From: Pseudomonadota bacterium
Lineage (GTDB): Bacteria > Bdellovibrionota > FAC87 > UBA2466
Direction: 5' to 3'
DNA: 64,000 bases
Assembly (NCBI GenBank): GCA_043767805.1
Contig: JAYUGC010000066.1
Location: 5,597 to 69,596 of the forward strand
Below the pieces are notes generated by a model, which saw nothing but the letters and a program-made list of their open reading frames with translations, ran no database searches and was not told the DNA's origin. Positions 17,703 to 26,117 of the stretch are shown here, in pieces; position 1 is the first letter of the stretch, and each line of letters starts with the position of its first letter. The translations under genes and the position numbers were made by a program.

Positions 17703-19173
17703 TTTCAAACACTCCGAAGCGAGAGCGCACGAGAGGCGCGTCGACACCGTAAAGCAACGGCTCGAGCATCACTTGAGGCACCTTGTTGTTCAGATCCACG
17801 TGGTACTCGAGCCAAAACCAGAAGCGCCCCATGTCGAGGCGGTAGGGAACGTGCTGTTCGGCGATGGCCGACCACTGCAGGATGTTCCACATGAGTTTGC
17901 CTTCGAGAACCGCGGCCCAGACGCCCTCTTCCACATGCAGCGTCTGATCGACGGGGCCCTCGTCGTCCCAAAGGATGCGAAAGCCCTGCTCCAGGTCGGC
18001 CGCTAGCACGAAAGCAAAACCGCTGTGGGGCCCTTCGACCGCGATCCGAAAGCGCGCCTCGAAGAACAGGTAATCCCGGGTAATCCACTTTTCGACCAGC
18101 GCCGTACGTTCCCACGTGCGCTCGCGGAGCGCGAGCCGGGAGCTGCCGTCGATCCAGCGGCGCAGACGCTCCACTTTGGGCCGAAAACGGAGCTGGAGAC
18201 CGGCTATTTCGTCCAAATAGTTGTCCCAATCCACTTCGGGATGGCGGCGGACATGCCCACGCTCGGCGCTCCAAGTGTCTCCCGGCAAGAACTCGATGAT
18301 TTCGGGTTCCCGCCCGTGGTAATCGCGGGCCACCATTTCGGAAAAAATCTTCGGCGTCGCCCGATTCGCCCAGTTGTTGTGGAAGAACTTCGGGTCGAGC
18401 CAGCAAAAATCGCCCGCGATGGGGGCAATGCGTTTCGGGCGAAGACCGTCCAGGACCCGGCGCTGCTCCGCGAACCCGTGCACGCGTTTCCGAGCTTCTC
18501 GCGTCATTTCTTCCGGCGTGAACTTAAAGCAGCCGGGGTACATCGTCACGCCGGCCGTCTGCACCAGCGCCAAATCGATGTGGGGAAACCTGCCCCTTAT
18601 TTTCTGACACAGATCGAGGTCAGTGAGGTTGTCGTTCAAGTTGATTAGAGTGCAACCGGGCGCCTCCACCACGAACGCGCAGTTCTCCCAGTCGTGATCG
18701 CGGCTGACCGCGGCCGGAAGGAACGTCAAAGGCGTCTTACCGCCCAAAAAGTAACGCTCCCACGGGCGAAATTTGCGGATTTTCGAAAAGCCCATGAGCC
18801 GGAGCGTCCGCTCGATGGTCTGCGCCCTCAAGGAAGGGTGATCGGAGTACTCGGGCAACAAGACTTGCACGTCCCGGCTGAAACGATCGAGCGATGGGAC
18901 GTGAAAATGGTCCTCGTGGGAGTGAGTCAGCAAAAGATAATCGACGTCGCGCGTGACTTCCTCGGCGTCCAAAACCGCCGCCGGGAATTTCCAGGTCGTG
19001 AAATTATAGACGGGCTCGTTCAAAATCCATGGATCGCAAACCAAGGTTCCAAACTCGCCTTCGAGGCGCAAACAGGCGTGTGAGACGAACGTGACTTCGA
19101 GCGATCCGATGGCTTTTTTCCCCCTGCCCGAGACTAGCAGAATGTTTTCGGAAGAAATGGAGGGGTGCGGCAT
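17692..19173 (-). CDS. MBL-fold metallo-hydrolase (493 aa)
   Basis: Canonical 'LLLTHSHEDHF' (HxHxDH) metal-binding motif, plus a long C-terminal extension. It is the first gene of the 5-gene minus-strand operon. Confidence 0.7.
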   Translation of the reverse strand: MPHPSISSENILLVSGRGKKAIGSLEVTFVSHACLRLEGEFGTLVCDPWILNEPVYNFTTWKFPAAVLDAEEVTRDVDYLLLTHSHEDHFHVPSLDRFSRDVQVLLPEYSDHPSLRAQTIERTLRLMGFSKIRKFRPWERYFLGGKTPLTFLPAAVSRDHDWENCAFVVEAPGCTLINLNDNLTDLDLCQKIRGRFPHIDLALVQTAGVTMYPGCFKFTPEEMTREARKRVHGFAEQRRVLDGLRPKRIAPIAGDFCWLDPKFFHNNWANRATPKIFSEMVARDYHGREPEIIEFLPGDTWSAERGHVRRHPEVDWDNYLDEIAGLQLRFRPKVERLRRWIDGSSRLALRERTWERTALVEKWITRDYLFFEARFRIAVEGPHSGFAFVLAADLEQGFRILWDDEGPVDQTLHVEEGVWAAVLEGKLMWNILQWSAIAEQHVPYRLDMGRFWFWLEYHVDLNNKVPQVMLEPLLYGVDAPLVRSRFGVFENEE

Positions 19174-19267
19174 CCGACGAGAGAAGAAAATTCGGCGCCG
19201 AAAACGAAGAAACCCCTTGTAATCGCTAGGTGGATTTAATATTTAACGCGAGAAAAGGAAAACCTAA

Positions 19268-19726
19268 ATGGCTCATGTAGACGATTACCGCGGTTGGCCC
19301 CATTTGATGGCTTCTGGTTTTGATTGCGACCGGCATGCTCTCATGTCGTACGACAAAATCTATACCTTCTTGAAGGAATTGCCGGACGCCATCGGCATGC
19401 AGAGGATGGGCCTTCCCATCGTCTACAAGGTGAACGCCACCGATCATCCCGACATCGGGATCACCGGCACGACGATCATCGCGACGAGCCACATCAGCAT
19501 CCACACCTTCCCTAAGGGACAGAAGGATGGACGCCGTAAGCCCCGTGGCATCGAGCGCCGGGTCTTCAAGCCCTTCTTCACCTTCGACTGTTATAGCTGC
19601 CGCGATTTCGATCCGGACAAAGTCTATGACATGTTGAAGAAGGCCTTCCGTCCTCGGACCCTCGAGACGGCGCTCGTCTACCGCTTGCGCGAAGACGAAC
19701 AGCTCATCGAAGTCGAAGATTACTGA
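19268..19726 (+). CDS. speH: S-adenosylmethionine decarboxylase-like proenzyme (SpeH-type, pyruvoyl-dependent)
   Basis: 'TIIATSHISIHTFPK' matches the AdoMetDC self-cleavage/pyruvoyl site pattern (E/T-S-H-I-S-I-H-T-[WF]-P-E). 152 aa is the typical small-type size. Confidence 0.65.
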   Translation: MAHVDDYRGWPHLMASGFDCDRHALMSYDKIYTFLKELPDAIGMQRMGLPIVYKVNATDHPDIGITGTTIIATSHISIHTFPKGQKDGRRKPRGIERRVFKPFFTFDCYSCRDFDPDKVYDMLKKAFRPRTLETALVYRLREDEQLIEVEDY

Positions 19727-19730
19727 TTCT

Positions 19731-19763
19731 AGAGTGGGCCTGGGGCCCACTCCCCGGAACCGG
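19731..19763. terminator. bidirectional intrinsic terminator (tandem hairpins) between convergent genes
   Basis: 'agtgggcc-tgg-ggcccact' is a perfect 8-bp stem, followed by 'cccgg-aa-ccggg'. It lies between the + gene ending at 19726 and the - gene ending at 19802. Confidence 0.55.
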
Positions 19764-19801
19764 GGCATCTCCGGATTCCGAGGAGCGGGGGATAAAGACG
19801 C

Positions 19802-20272
19802 TTAGTACTCTTTCTTCAGCCAGGCTTTCATTTCGTCGGCGAGGCTCGCCGTTTCCCAGCCGTAGTACACCAAAACCGTTTTCGCCCTCTTTTCAGCCTG
19901 AAACCTGAGGGCGTCCTTGCGGTACACGCACCGCACGCTATCGATCTGCCGGGTCAGGGGAGCCTTGGGCTCCCTTTCCTCGCACCACTCTTTTAAGCCG
20001 TCCATGACGGTCTCACAAAGGCCGGCCGCCGCCCCGAAAGGCGACCCTTCCTTCTTCTGGCCCCGAAACGAGGCCCAATCGACTTCCACTTTCAGCTTGG
20101 GAGACGCGCAGACTCGGCGCACAACGGAAGCTGGCTCCCTCAGACCAAGCTCGGCCTGCCGGAACTCCGGAGCTTCCTTACGAACGTGCCGGATTTTTCC
20201 CTTTCGGGATGGGCCCGCCGTCGCCCCTGCCGCCGCCACGAGAAGTAGCGTCAGTATGGCCACTGACTTCAT
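19802..20272 (-). CDS. secreted hypothetical protein (156 aa)
   Basis: Start 'MKSVAILTLLLVAAAGATAG' (signal peptide) is preceded by GGGAG. It has four Cys and basic patches. The longer ORF-track N-terminus is unlikely. Confidence 0.45.
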   Translation of the reverse strand: MKSVAILTLLLVAAAGATAGPSRKGKIRHVRKEAPEFRQAELGLREPASVVRRVCASPKLKVEVDWASFRGQKKEGSPFGAAAGLCETVMDGLKEWCEEREPKAPLTRQIDSVRCVYRKDALRFQAEKRAKTVLVYYGWETASLADEMKAWLKKEY

Positions 20273-20440
20273 TGAGACTCCCAAGTTGTCGTTGAAGACC
20301 CGGGAATTATTGTGCCCCGAAAAAAGGGGTCGGGTCACGCAACGGAGCGAAATTCAAAAAAAGAGAGTCTTGCAAGCCTAACTTGGCGCGTCAGCCGAGT
20401 CATGTTAGGTAAGAAACCTCAACTCTCTGGAGGTTTCGGT

Positions 20441-21484
20441 ATGAAGACGGCTTTGGCGCTCCTCGCTTTACTCTGTTTCGCGGTTCCTTCTTGGGCTCAA
20501 CACGGCGGAGTCGCCGCTCAGGCCTTGGATCTCACGGCAGTCGATCAAGAGTTGCAGACGAACGGCCTCCGCGGCTGGGTCCACGGCGCGGCCCCTGAGT
20601 TCAACCAGTACGTTTTCACCTGGCGCGACCCGAACGATTTCTTTCTCCACTTCGAGTTCCCGATGATTACGTCGAACCCCGCGATAAAGGCGGAGCTCGC
20701 GAAGCTCGCCCGGCATGACGAAATCCTCATCAAGGGAAAGTTCGCGGGTCTCCAAGCGCCTGTCCGCCACATCCGGCTTTCTTCCGTCCAAGTGGTGACA
20801 AAGTTTAAGTCCGGCGTGACGGCCCCTCACTTCGTGCGCGAAGCGAAAATGCCGGCCGATCTCGAAGGCAAGACGGAGCTCATCGGCAAAGTCCACGCGG
20901 TGGTGGACGACGGCAAGATTCTCGTCATCGAGTACAAGGACGCGGTCATCCCGGTCTTCGTCTCGAACAACACTTACTCCAAAGATTTGTACCGTAATGA
21001 CAAGATCAAGCTCCACTACGTGATCCGCAAGCACCCAAACTCTCCCTCTCACGTGGAGCTCGACCCGGCGGCGGCTAATCCCATCGAAGTCATGGCCCAC
21101 ATGACTGACCTTCACGGCAAACAGGCCGGCGGTATCGACAAAGCCACCGGCAAGCCCATCGGCACCGAAGGCGTGCTGGTGATGTTCCCGAAAAGCCCGC
21201 AGATCATTTTCAACGTGTTTGCCATCCAGGAAGTGGATGCCGACGGCGTGAAAGTCGAGCACACCCTCATCAACTTCGATGACCCGGCCGTGTTCAAAGC
21301 GCTTCGCGAGAAGCTGCAGAAGATGTGGGACGCGGAAGCTTCCACCGTCGTCAATGCCCGTAATAAGTTCATCAACCCGAAAATCCGACTCCGCGTCTTC
21401 GGAGAAGGCAATATGATCGACCCCGGTCAGGCCAATCCGCAGATTTTGATTAAGAGCGAAGCGGACGTCGTTCGGCTTCCCTAG
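20441..21484 (+). CDS. secreted hypothetical protein (347 aa)
   Basis: GGAGG RBS 8 nt upstream of the ATG. Signal peptide 'MKTALALLALLCFAVPSWA'. No family recognised. It is divergent from the gene at 19802-20272. Confidence 0.5.
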   Translation: MKTALALLALLCFAVPSWAQHGGVAAQALDLTAVDQELQTNGLRGWVHGAAPEFNQYVFTWRDPNDFFLHFEFPMITSNPAIKAELAKLARHDEILIKGKFAGLQAPVRHIRLSSVQVVTKFKSGVTAPHFVREAKMPADLEGKTELIGKVHAVVDDGKILVIEYKDAVIPVFVSNNTYSKDLYRNDKIKLHYVIRKHPNSPSHVELDPAAANPIEVMAHMTDLHGKQAGGIDKATGKPIGTEGVLVMFPKSPQIIFNVFAIQEVDADGVKVEHTLINFDDPAVFKALREKLQKMWDAEASTVVNARNKFINPKIRLRVFGEGNMIDPGQANPQILIKSEADVVRLP

Positions 21485-23514
21485 TTCGCGGCGACTTCAT
21501 CGTACGGGCAAGGCATCGCCCCGCGGAAAGGCTTGGTGAGAGGCCGTCCCGCTCTGAGTAGGATGCCTCCGTCAGGCCTCCGGAGCGCTATGAACTGCGC
21601 CGGATGGGCACCCTCGCGGGCGGGGACCTCAAACTCGACGTGTCCCTCTTTCACCACGGCCTTAGTCTGGCGAATCTTTTCTCCCGGGGCCATCCGGTAG
21701 GAGAGCGATGTCTCTTTCAGCTGCTCTAGGGAAATCCGAGTGCCAAAAACTGAAGCATGCCCGTCCTGAATGGGCACGCGTAATATTTCCGACTCGGTGT
21801 TTTGCCGTGCATCGAAAACCCGGCGGCGGCTCACTCCCGTCACGGGATCCTGTTGATGCTCGAGCACAACCCGGAAAGGCACATCGTCTTTGATGTCTCT
21901 CAAGGTGTGGGCAATAACGCCGTCGATATAGTTTTGAATGATATGCGGTTTCTCTTTTTTAACCGACTTGTCGATAATGGCGTTGATGTGCTCCCAGCGC
22001 TTATTGCCGATATAGAGATCCGGCTGATTGCGGTTCCGGTTCACCGCGGCGGCCTTCATGAAAACTTGCAACCCATCTAGACTGACTCCGGCGGGTAGCG
22101 CCTCGGCGCGCAAGACTTTAAGGAACGCCTCGTAATGGACCAAAGGAATTTCGGAAGGCTTACCCGCGGCAAGCGTGGTCAGAATAGCGCCGAGATCGTA
22201 CTTTCCGCGACGAACCAGCGTTTCCCCCTTGGGCTCGATGACCTCGGGCTGTCCTTCGCTGGCCACTTTGAGCATTTCGGCGATGAGCGCTTTTCCGGCT
22301 AGCGTCTTTTGCACCACCTTCAACAGCTCCTCCGGAGCGCCCGTCAAGCGGAGCATTTCGAAGCCCAAATGATTACCGTAAGCCTCGTCGAAAAGTTCAG
22401 AGACCCGTTCCCGCGACGGAACGGCGCCGCGCAAGCTAACTGGAAGCTTCTGCGCGAAATCATCCACGATCTCGTTCAAGAGATCTCGTTTGGGGATGCT
22501 GCTGTCTCCGTTCGGCCCGTCATCCTTCAAGAGGAGAAGCCGCTGAAAATCCGGCAAGGCGGTTTGCGTGCCGTAGTCGATGAAGCCACCGTTCATCATG
22601 AAGTTCGAAGGACTCGTCGCCCCGTGATAAAAACGGCGCGCGTAGGCGGTGGCGTACGACTCGGCAGTGCGGCGAGTGAGCGTCTCCAAGCCATGCTTAA
22701 TCCGTTCTTTCTCCGAAGCCTGCTTCCCGGGCAATCCCGGCAAGGCTTTGGTGAGATTTGCGAGCGCCCCTTCGACCCGAGCTTGATCTAGAGCCAGGGC
22801 TTGCTCACCCTCCATCGAGTGATTCGATAAGAAATGAGCGGGGCGCAAAGGATCCACCCGGACGATGAGCGAGCGCTTCTCGTCCCAGCCTTCGTGCTCG
22901 GTCACGGTGCCGGTCGATAAAATCGCGACCACGCGGTTCGCTCCATGAGGCATTTCACGATGAAGCACCTCGCCCCATATTGCCTCTTGAACGCCTTCGG
23001 TGGTGCTCGCCCCTCCGTGAGCGTGCCCGCGATCTTCGACTTTGGGACCGACGTTCGGCGTAACGCCGTAACCTTTGTGCTGCACGCCTCCGCGCGAAGC
23101 CGCGCGGCCGCTGCCGAGGTTTCCGTTCAAGGCATTGCCACCGTAGCGATCGGAGAAAAATTCCATGAACTTCGCTTCGAACGTGCCCGGCGGGTCGCTC
23201 TCCCGGGGAACGGCATAAGCGAGGGCATCTAAGATTTCTTGTTCGAACTCCGGAGTCATACCGCCCGGAGGCACGTCGATGCCCATTTCTCTAAGCAGAG
23301 CATAGTTAATCCAAAGCACCCGGGCTTTGGCGAGCTTCTGGCCAGTCACTTTCACGTAGCTCTCTTCCGGCAAAATGGAGCCGAGGAGCTCGGGTGGACC
23401 TTCAGTGAGCTTGCTGATGGAATTTTCGCCAAACGCCGGCGTGTAGCCGACGGACAAAAGGCAAGCGACCAGAAAAAGGCGAATCGAACGGCCCATCAAA
23501 CGCTCCTCGAGCAA
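21481..23514 (-). CDS. SelO/YdiU (UPF0061)-like pseudokinase-fold protein with N-terminal signal peptide
   Basis: 'LFLVACLLSVGYTPAFG' is signal-like. 'NGNLGSGRAASRGGVQHKGYGVTPN' resembles the SelO Gly-rich loop plus Lys ('LGDGRA..LQLKGSGPTPY'). 'GHAHGGASTTEGVQEAIWGEVLHREMPHGANRVVAILSTG' resembles '[34 protein letters not shown]'. 'FYHGATSPSNFMMNGGFIDYG' resembles '[21 protein letters not shown]'. Confidence 0.55.
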   Translation of the reverse strand: MLEERLMGRSIRLFLVACLLSVGYTPAFGENSISKLTEGPPELLGSILPEESYVKVTGQKLAKARVLWINYALLREMGIDVPPGGMTPEFEQEILDALAYAVPRESDPPGTFEAKFMEFFSDRYGGNALNGNLGSGRAASRGGVQHKGYGVTPNVGPKVEDRGHAHGGASTTEGVQEAIWGEVLHREMPHGANRVVAILSTGTVTEHEGWDEKRSLIVRVDPLRPAHFLSNHSMEGEQALALDQARVEGALANLTKALPGLPGKQASEKERIKHGLETLTRRTAESYATAYARRFYHGATSPSNFMMNGGFIDYGTQTALPDFQRLLLLKDDGPNGDSSIPKRDLLNEIVDDFAQKLPVSLRGAVPSRERVSELFDEAYGNHLGFEMLRLTGAPEELLKVVQKTLAGKALIAEMLKVASEGQPEVIEPKGETLVRRGKYDLGAILTTLAAGKPSEIPLVHYEAFLKVLRAEALPAGVSLDGLQVFMKAAAVNRNRNQPDLYIGNKRWEHINAIIDKSVKKEKPHIIQNYIDGVIAHTLRDIKDDVPFRVVLEHQQDPVTGVSRRRVFDARQNTESEILRVPIQDGHASVFGTRISLEQLKETSLSYRMAPGEKIRQTKAVVKEGHVEFEVPAREGAHPAQFIALRRPDGGILLRAGRPLTKPFRGAMPCPYDEVAAN

Positions 23515-23668
23515 ATACGTACAGAAGTGACAAATTAGGCTGCAACTAAGCTGCCAACGCGAGTAGGGGCGAATCCCATCCGAGTACGGACCAACTCGTG
23601 CGTGAGAATGCCGGGCGAGGAAATTCCGTCTGAAGGAAAAATTAAACGCCGATCAAAAACTCGACACT

Positions 23669-24745
23669 CTATTCGGCCGATCGGGCGTACTGGTCGGGAA
23701 ACTTCACGGCGTCCCTTTGCCCGAGAGCGCGGGCCGCATGGACGGGCCAATAGGCATCGCGCAGTTGCTGCCGGCCAAGGAGCACGAGATCGGCCTTGCC
23801 ACTCGCAATGATTTCCTCGGCTTGGGCGGGCTCGGTGATGACTCCGACCGCCGCCGTCGCGATGCCGGCGCCTTGGCGTATTCCCTCGGAGAGCGGCACT
23901 TGAAAACCAGGGCCGAACGGAATTTTGGTGATGTCGTTGCTATTGAATCCCGAGCTGCAGTCAATGAGATCGACGCCTTCCGCTTTGAGGCGCTTCGCTA
24001 GCTCGATGGAATCTTCGAGGGCCCAACCGCCAGGCGTCCAATCCGTGCAGGAAAGCCGCACGGTAAAAGGAAACTTGTCGGGCCAAACCGCCCGCATCTC
24101 GCGCGCGGTTTCCAAAACGAAACGAACGCGGTGGTCGAAACTGCCGCCGTAATTATCCGTGCGCTTATTGGAAAGAGGAGAATAGAAACTGTGCGCGAGA
24201 TAACCATGGGCGGCGTGGAGCTCTAGCCACTCATAGCCGGCTTCGAGGGAACGGACGGTCGCCTCGCGAAAGGCTTTTTTCACGTTCGCGATGTCGGCCA
24301 AAGTCATCGCGACGGGTGCGCGATCGATTCTCCCGCCGAAAACCTCCCCGGAAGGAGCGAGGGTCGACCAGCCACCTTCGGCATCTTTGAGCGATCGGCC
24401 GCCTTCCCAAGGCCGCGCCGTACTCGCTTTGCGCCCGGCATGAGCGAGCTGAATGCCGGGGACTGAGCCGTGGGCTTTGAGAAATCGTGTGATGCGAGCG
24501 AGCGGCTCGATTTGAGAGTCTTGCCAAAGGCCCGCGTCTTCGGGAGAGATCCGCCCTTCGGGCGTCACGCCCGTCGCTTCGGCGATGATAAGCGCCGCGC
24601 CGCCCACCGCGCGCGAGCCGAGGTGCACCAAGTGCCAATCGGTCGCGTGTCCGTTTTCGGAACTGTACTGACACATGGGCGAAACGCCTATGCGGTTCTT
24701 TAAGGTGACGGACTTCAATTTGAACGGATCGAATAGATGCGGCAT
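23669..24745 (-). CDS. namA: NADH:flavin oxidoreductase, Old Yellow Enzyme family (NamA/YqjM-like ene-reductase)
   Basis: 'LKNRIGVSPMCQYSSENGHATDWHLVHLGSRAVGGAALIIAEATGV' and 'GIQLAHAGRKAS' are classic OYE TIM-barrel motifs. Confidence 0.8.
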   Translation of the reverse strand: MPHLFDPFKLKSVTLKNRIGVSPMCQYSSENGHATDWHLVHLGSRAVGGAALIIAEATGVTPEGRISPEDAGLWQDSQIEPLARITRFLKAHGSVPGIQLAHAGRKASTARPWEGGRSLKDAEGGWSTLAPSGEVFGGRIDRAPVAMTLADIANVKKAFREATVRSLEAGYEWLELHAAHGYLAHSFYSPLSNKRTDNYGGSFDHRVRFVLETAREMRAVWPDKFPFTVRLSCTDWTPGGWALEDSIELAKRLKAEGVDLIDCSSGFNSNDITKIPFGPGFQVPLSEGIRQGAGIATAAVGVITEPAQAEEIIASGKADLVLLGRQQLRDAYWPVHAARALGQRDAVKFPDQYARSAE

Positions 24746-24763
24746 GGGGAAAACCTACTCCAT

Positions 24764-26050
24764 TTACTTCGGTCCGGCGAGAGACGGGCGGTGCAATTTT
24801 CCGGAGCCGGTGCGCGGAATGGATTCCTCTTTCGAGAACCCATGGGGGATGTGGTCGGGCGGTAACTCTCCCCTGAGCTTGCCGAGAGTTTCCCCCACGC
24901 TCCAATTCGCCTGGATGGGAACGACATACGCGTGAGGCACATGTCCGAGAGTGGGATGCTCTTTCGCAACGACCGCGAGGTCGGAGAAATCCCCCGTGCG
25001 CCAAAGCGCATCGGCAATGACCAGAAGGCTCACCTTGTTTCCCGCGCATTTGAAAATATCATCGAGGCGCCCACTGAGCCGCAGCCGGCCGAGCTCGTCC
25101 ATGACGCCCGTGTCGCCGCTTCGCAACCAGCCGTCCGCCGTGAAGCCTTCCCGCCCTCTTCCGTCGTAGCCCAGCATCACGGTCTTTCCCGAGAACTGGA
25201 CTTCGCTGGTCTCGGGATCGAGGCGCGCGTCGAGTCCTTCGATGGGCAGGCCGACAGAGTCCTCTATGCCACTCACCCTATCCCCGCCATTGATGAAGCC
25301 GCGGCCCGAGAGCTCGGTCATGCCGTACACGATATTGATTCTGGCTGCGGGGTGGCGGTAGCGGATCGCGCGGGCCGTCTCGGGATTCAAACGATCGCCC
25401 GAGGACAAGAGCCACCGCCACGGCCGGCTGGACTCGAGCGCCCAACGTAAGGGAAGCGGCGAAGCGCCTAGCGCGTCCACGCCGAGCCGTTCCACTTCGC
25501 GCAGGAAGGCGCCCGGAAAATAACTCCGCTCGTGCCCCAGGTAAGACGCCCCGGATTTCAGCGCGACGAGAAAATGAGAAAAGCTGCTTACGAAAGTGTA
25601 CGGAATCGGAACGAAGAGGCGGCTTCCCTCTTCCAGACCGAGGCGCGCCGCGGACGCGGTGGCATTCGAGAGAATGCCTTCGGCGGAAAGCAGCGCCCCT
25701 TTTGGCGTTCCCGTGGAGCCGGAGGTAAACCAAACGGCCGCTTCTCCTTCACTTGGGCGGCGAATGACTTTATCCACCGCCGCGCGCAAAGCGTCCGAGG
25801 GCGTAGGCGGGCAGGGGACCGGGATGGAGCCGTTCAGCCAAAGAGCTACGGTATCGATCCAGTAAGCGAGACCACGACCCGAAGAGTTCAGAACGCGCTC
25901 GCCAGGCCGGTGCTCGCGCAGCTCTCCCTTGCGCTTCAACACGGCGGACTTGAAGGCGTCTGCCGTCAGCGTTTCGTTCTCGCTCTCTAATGTGAGTTGC
26001 GGGGCCCGGTCGAGCCAGTGAAGCACGGCCTCCCCGAGAGATTTGGCCAT
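24764..26050 (-). CDS. AMP-dependent synthetase/ligase (short fatty-acyl-AMP/CoA ligase-like adenylating enzyme)
   Basis: A3 motif 'FTSGSTGTPKGA', A5 'IVYGMTE', A7 'GWLRSGDTG', and A10 Lys 'PRTGSGKLHR'. At 428 aa it is shorter than typical FAALs. Confidence 0.75.
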   Translation of the reverse strand: MAKSLGEAVLHWLDRAPQLTLESENETLTADAFKSAVLKRKGELREHRPGERVLNSSGRGLAYWIDTVALWLNGSIPVPCPPTPSDALRAAVDKVIRRPSEGEAAVWFTSGSTGTPKGALLSAEGILSNATASAARLGLEEGSRLFVPIPYTFVSSFSHFLVALKSGASYLGHERSYFPGAFLREVERLGVDALGASPLPLRWALESSRPWRWLLSSGDRLNPETARAIRYRHPAARINIVYGMTELSGRGFINGGDRVSGIEDSVGLPIEGLDARLDPETSEVQFSGKTVMLGYDGRGREGFTADGWLRSGDTGVMDELGRLRLSGRLDDIFKCAGNKVSLLVIADALWRTGDFSDLAVVAKEHPTLGHVPHAYVVPIQANWSVGETLGKLRGELPPDHIPHGFSKEESIPRTGSGKLHRPSLAGPK

Positions 26051-26117
26051 GGCAAAGATTATACACGGACTTAAGTCAGAGACACGTCCGAGCGATCCAA
26101 GTGTTAACTTGGAAAGT

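Noticed and set aside
17705-18406. 233-aa minus-strand ORF in an alternative frame of the MBL hydrolase gene
   Set aside because: It is a same-strand alternative frame with a Arg/Ala/Pro/Gly-rich product. The MBL frame carries the HxHxDH motif.
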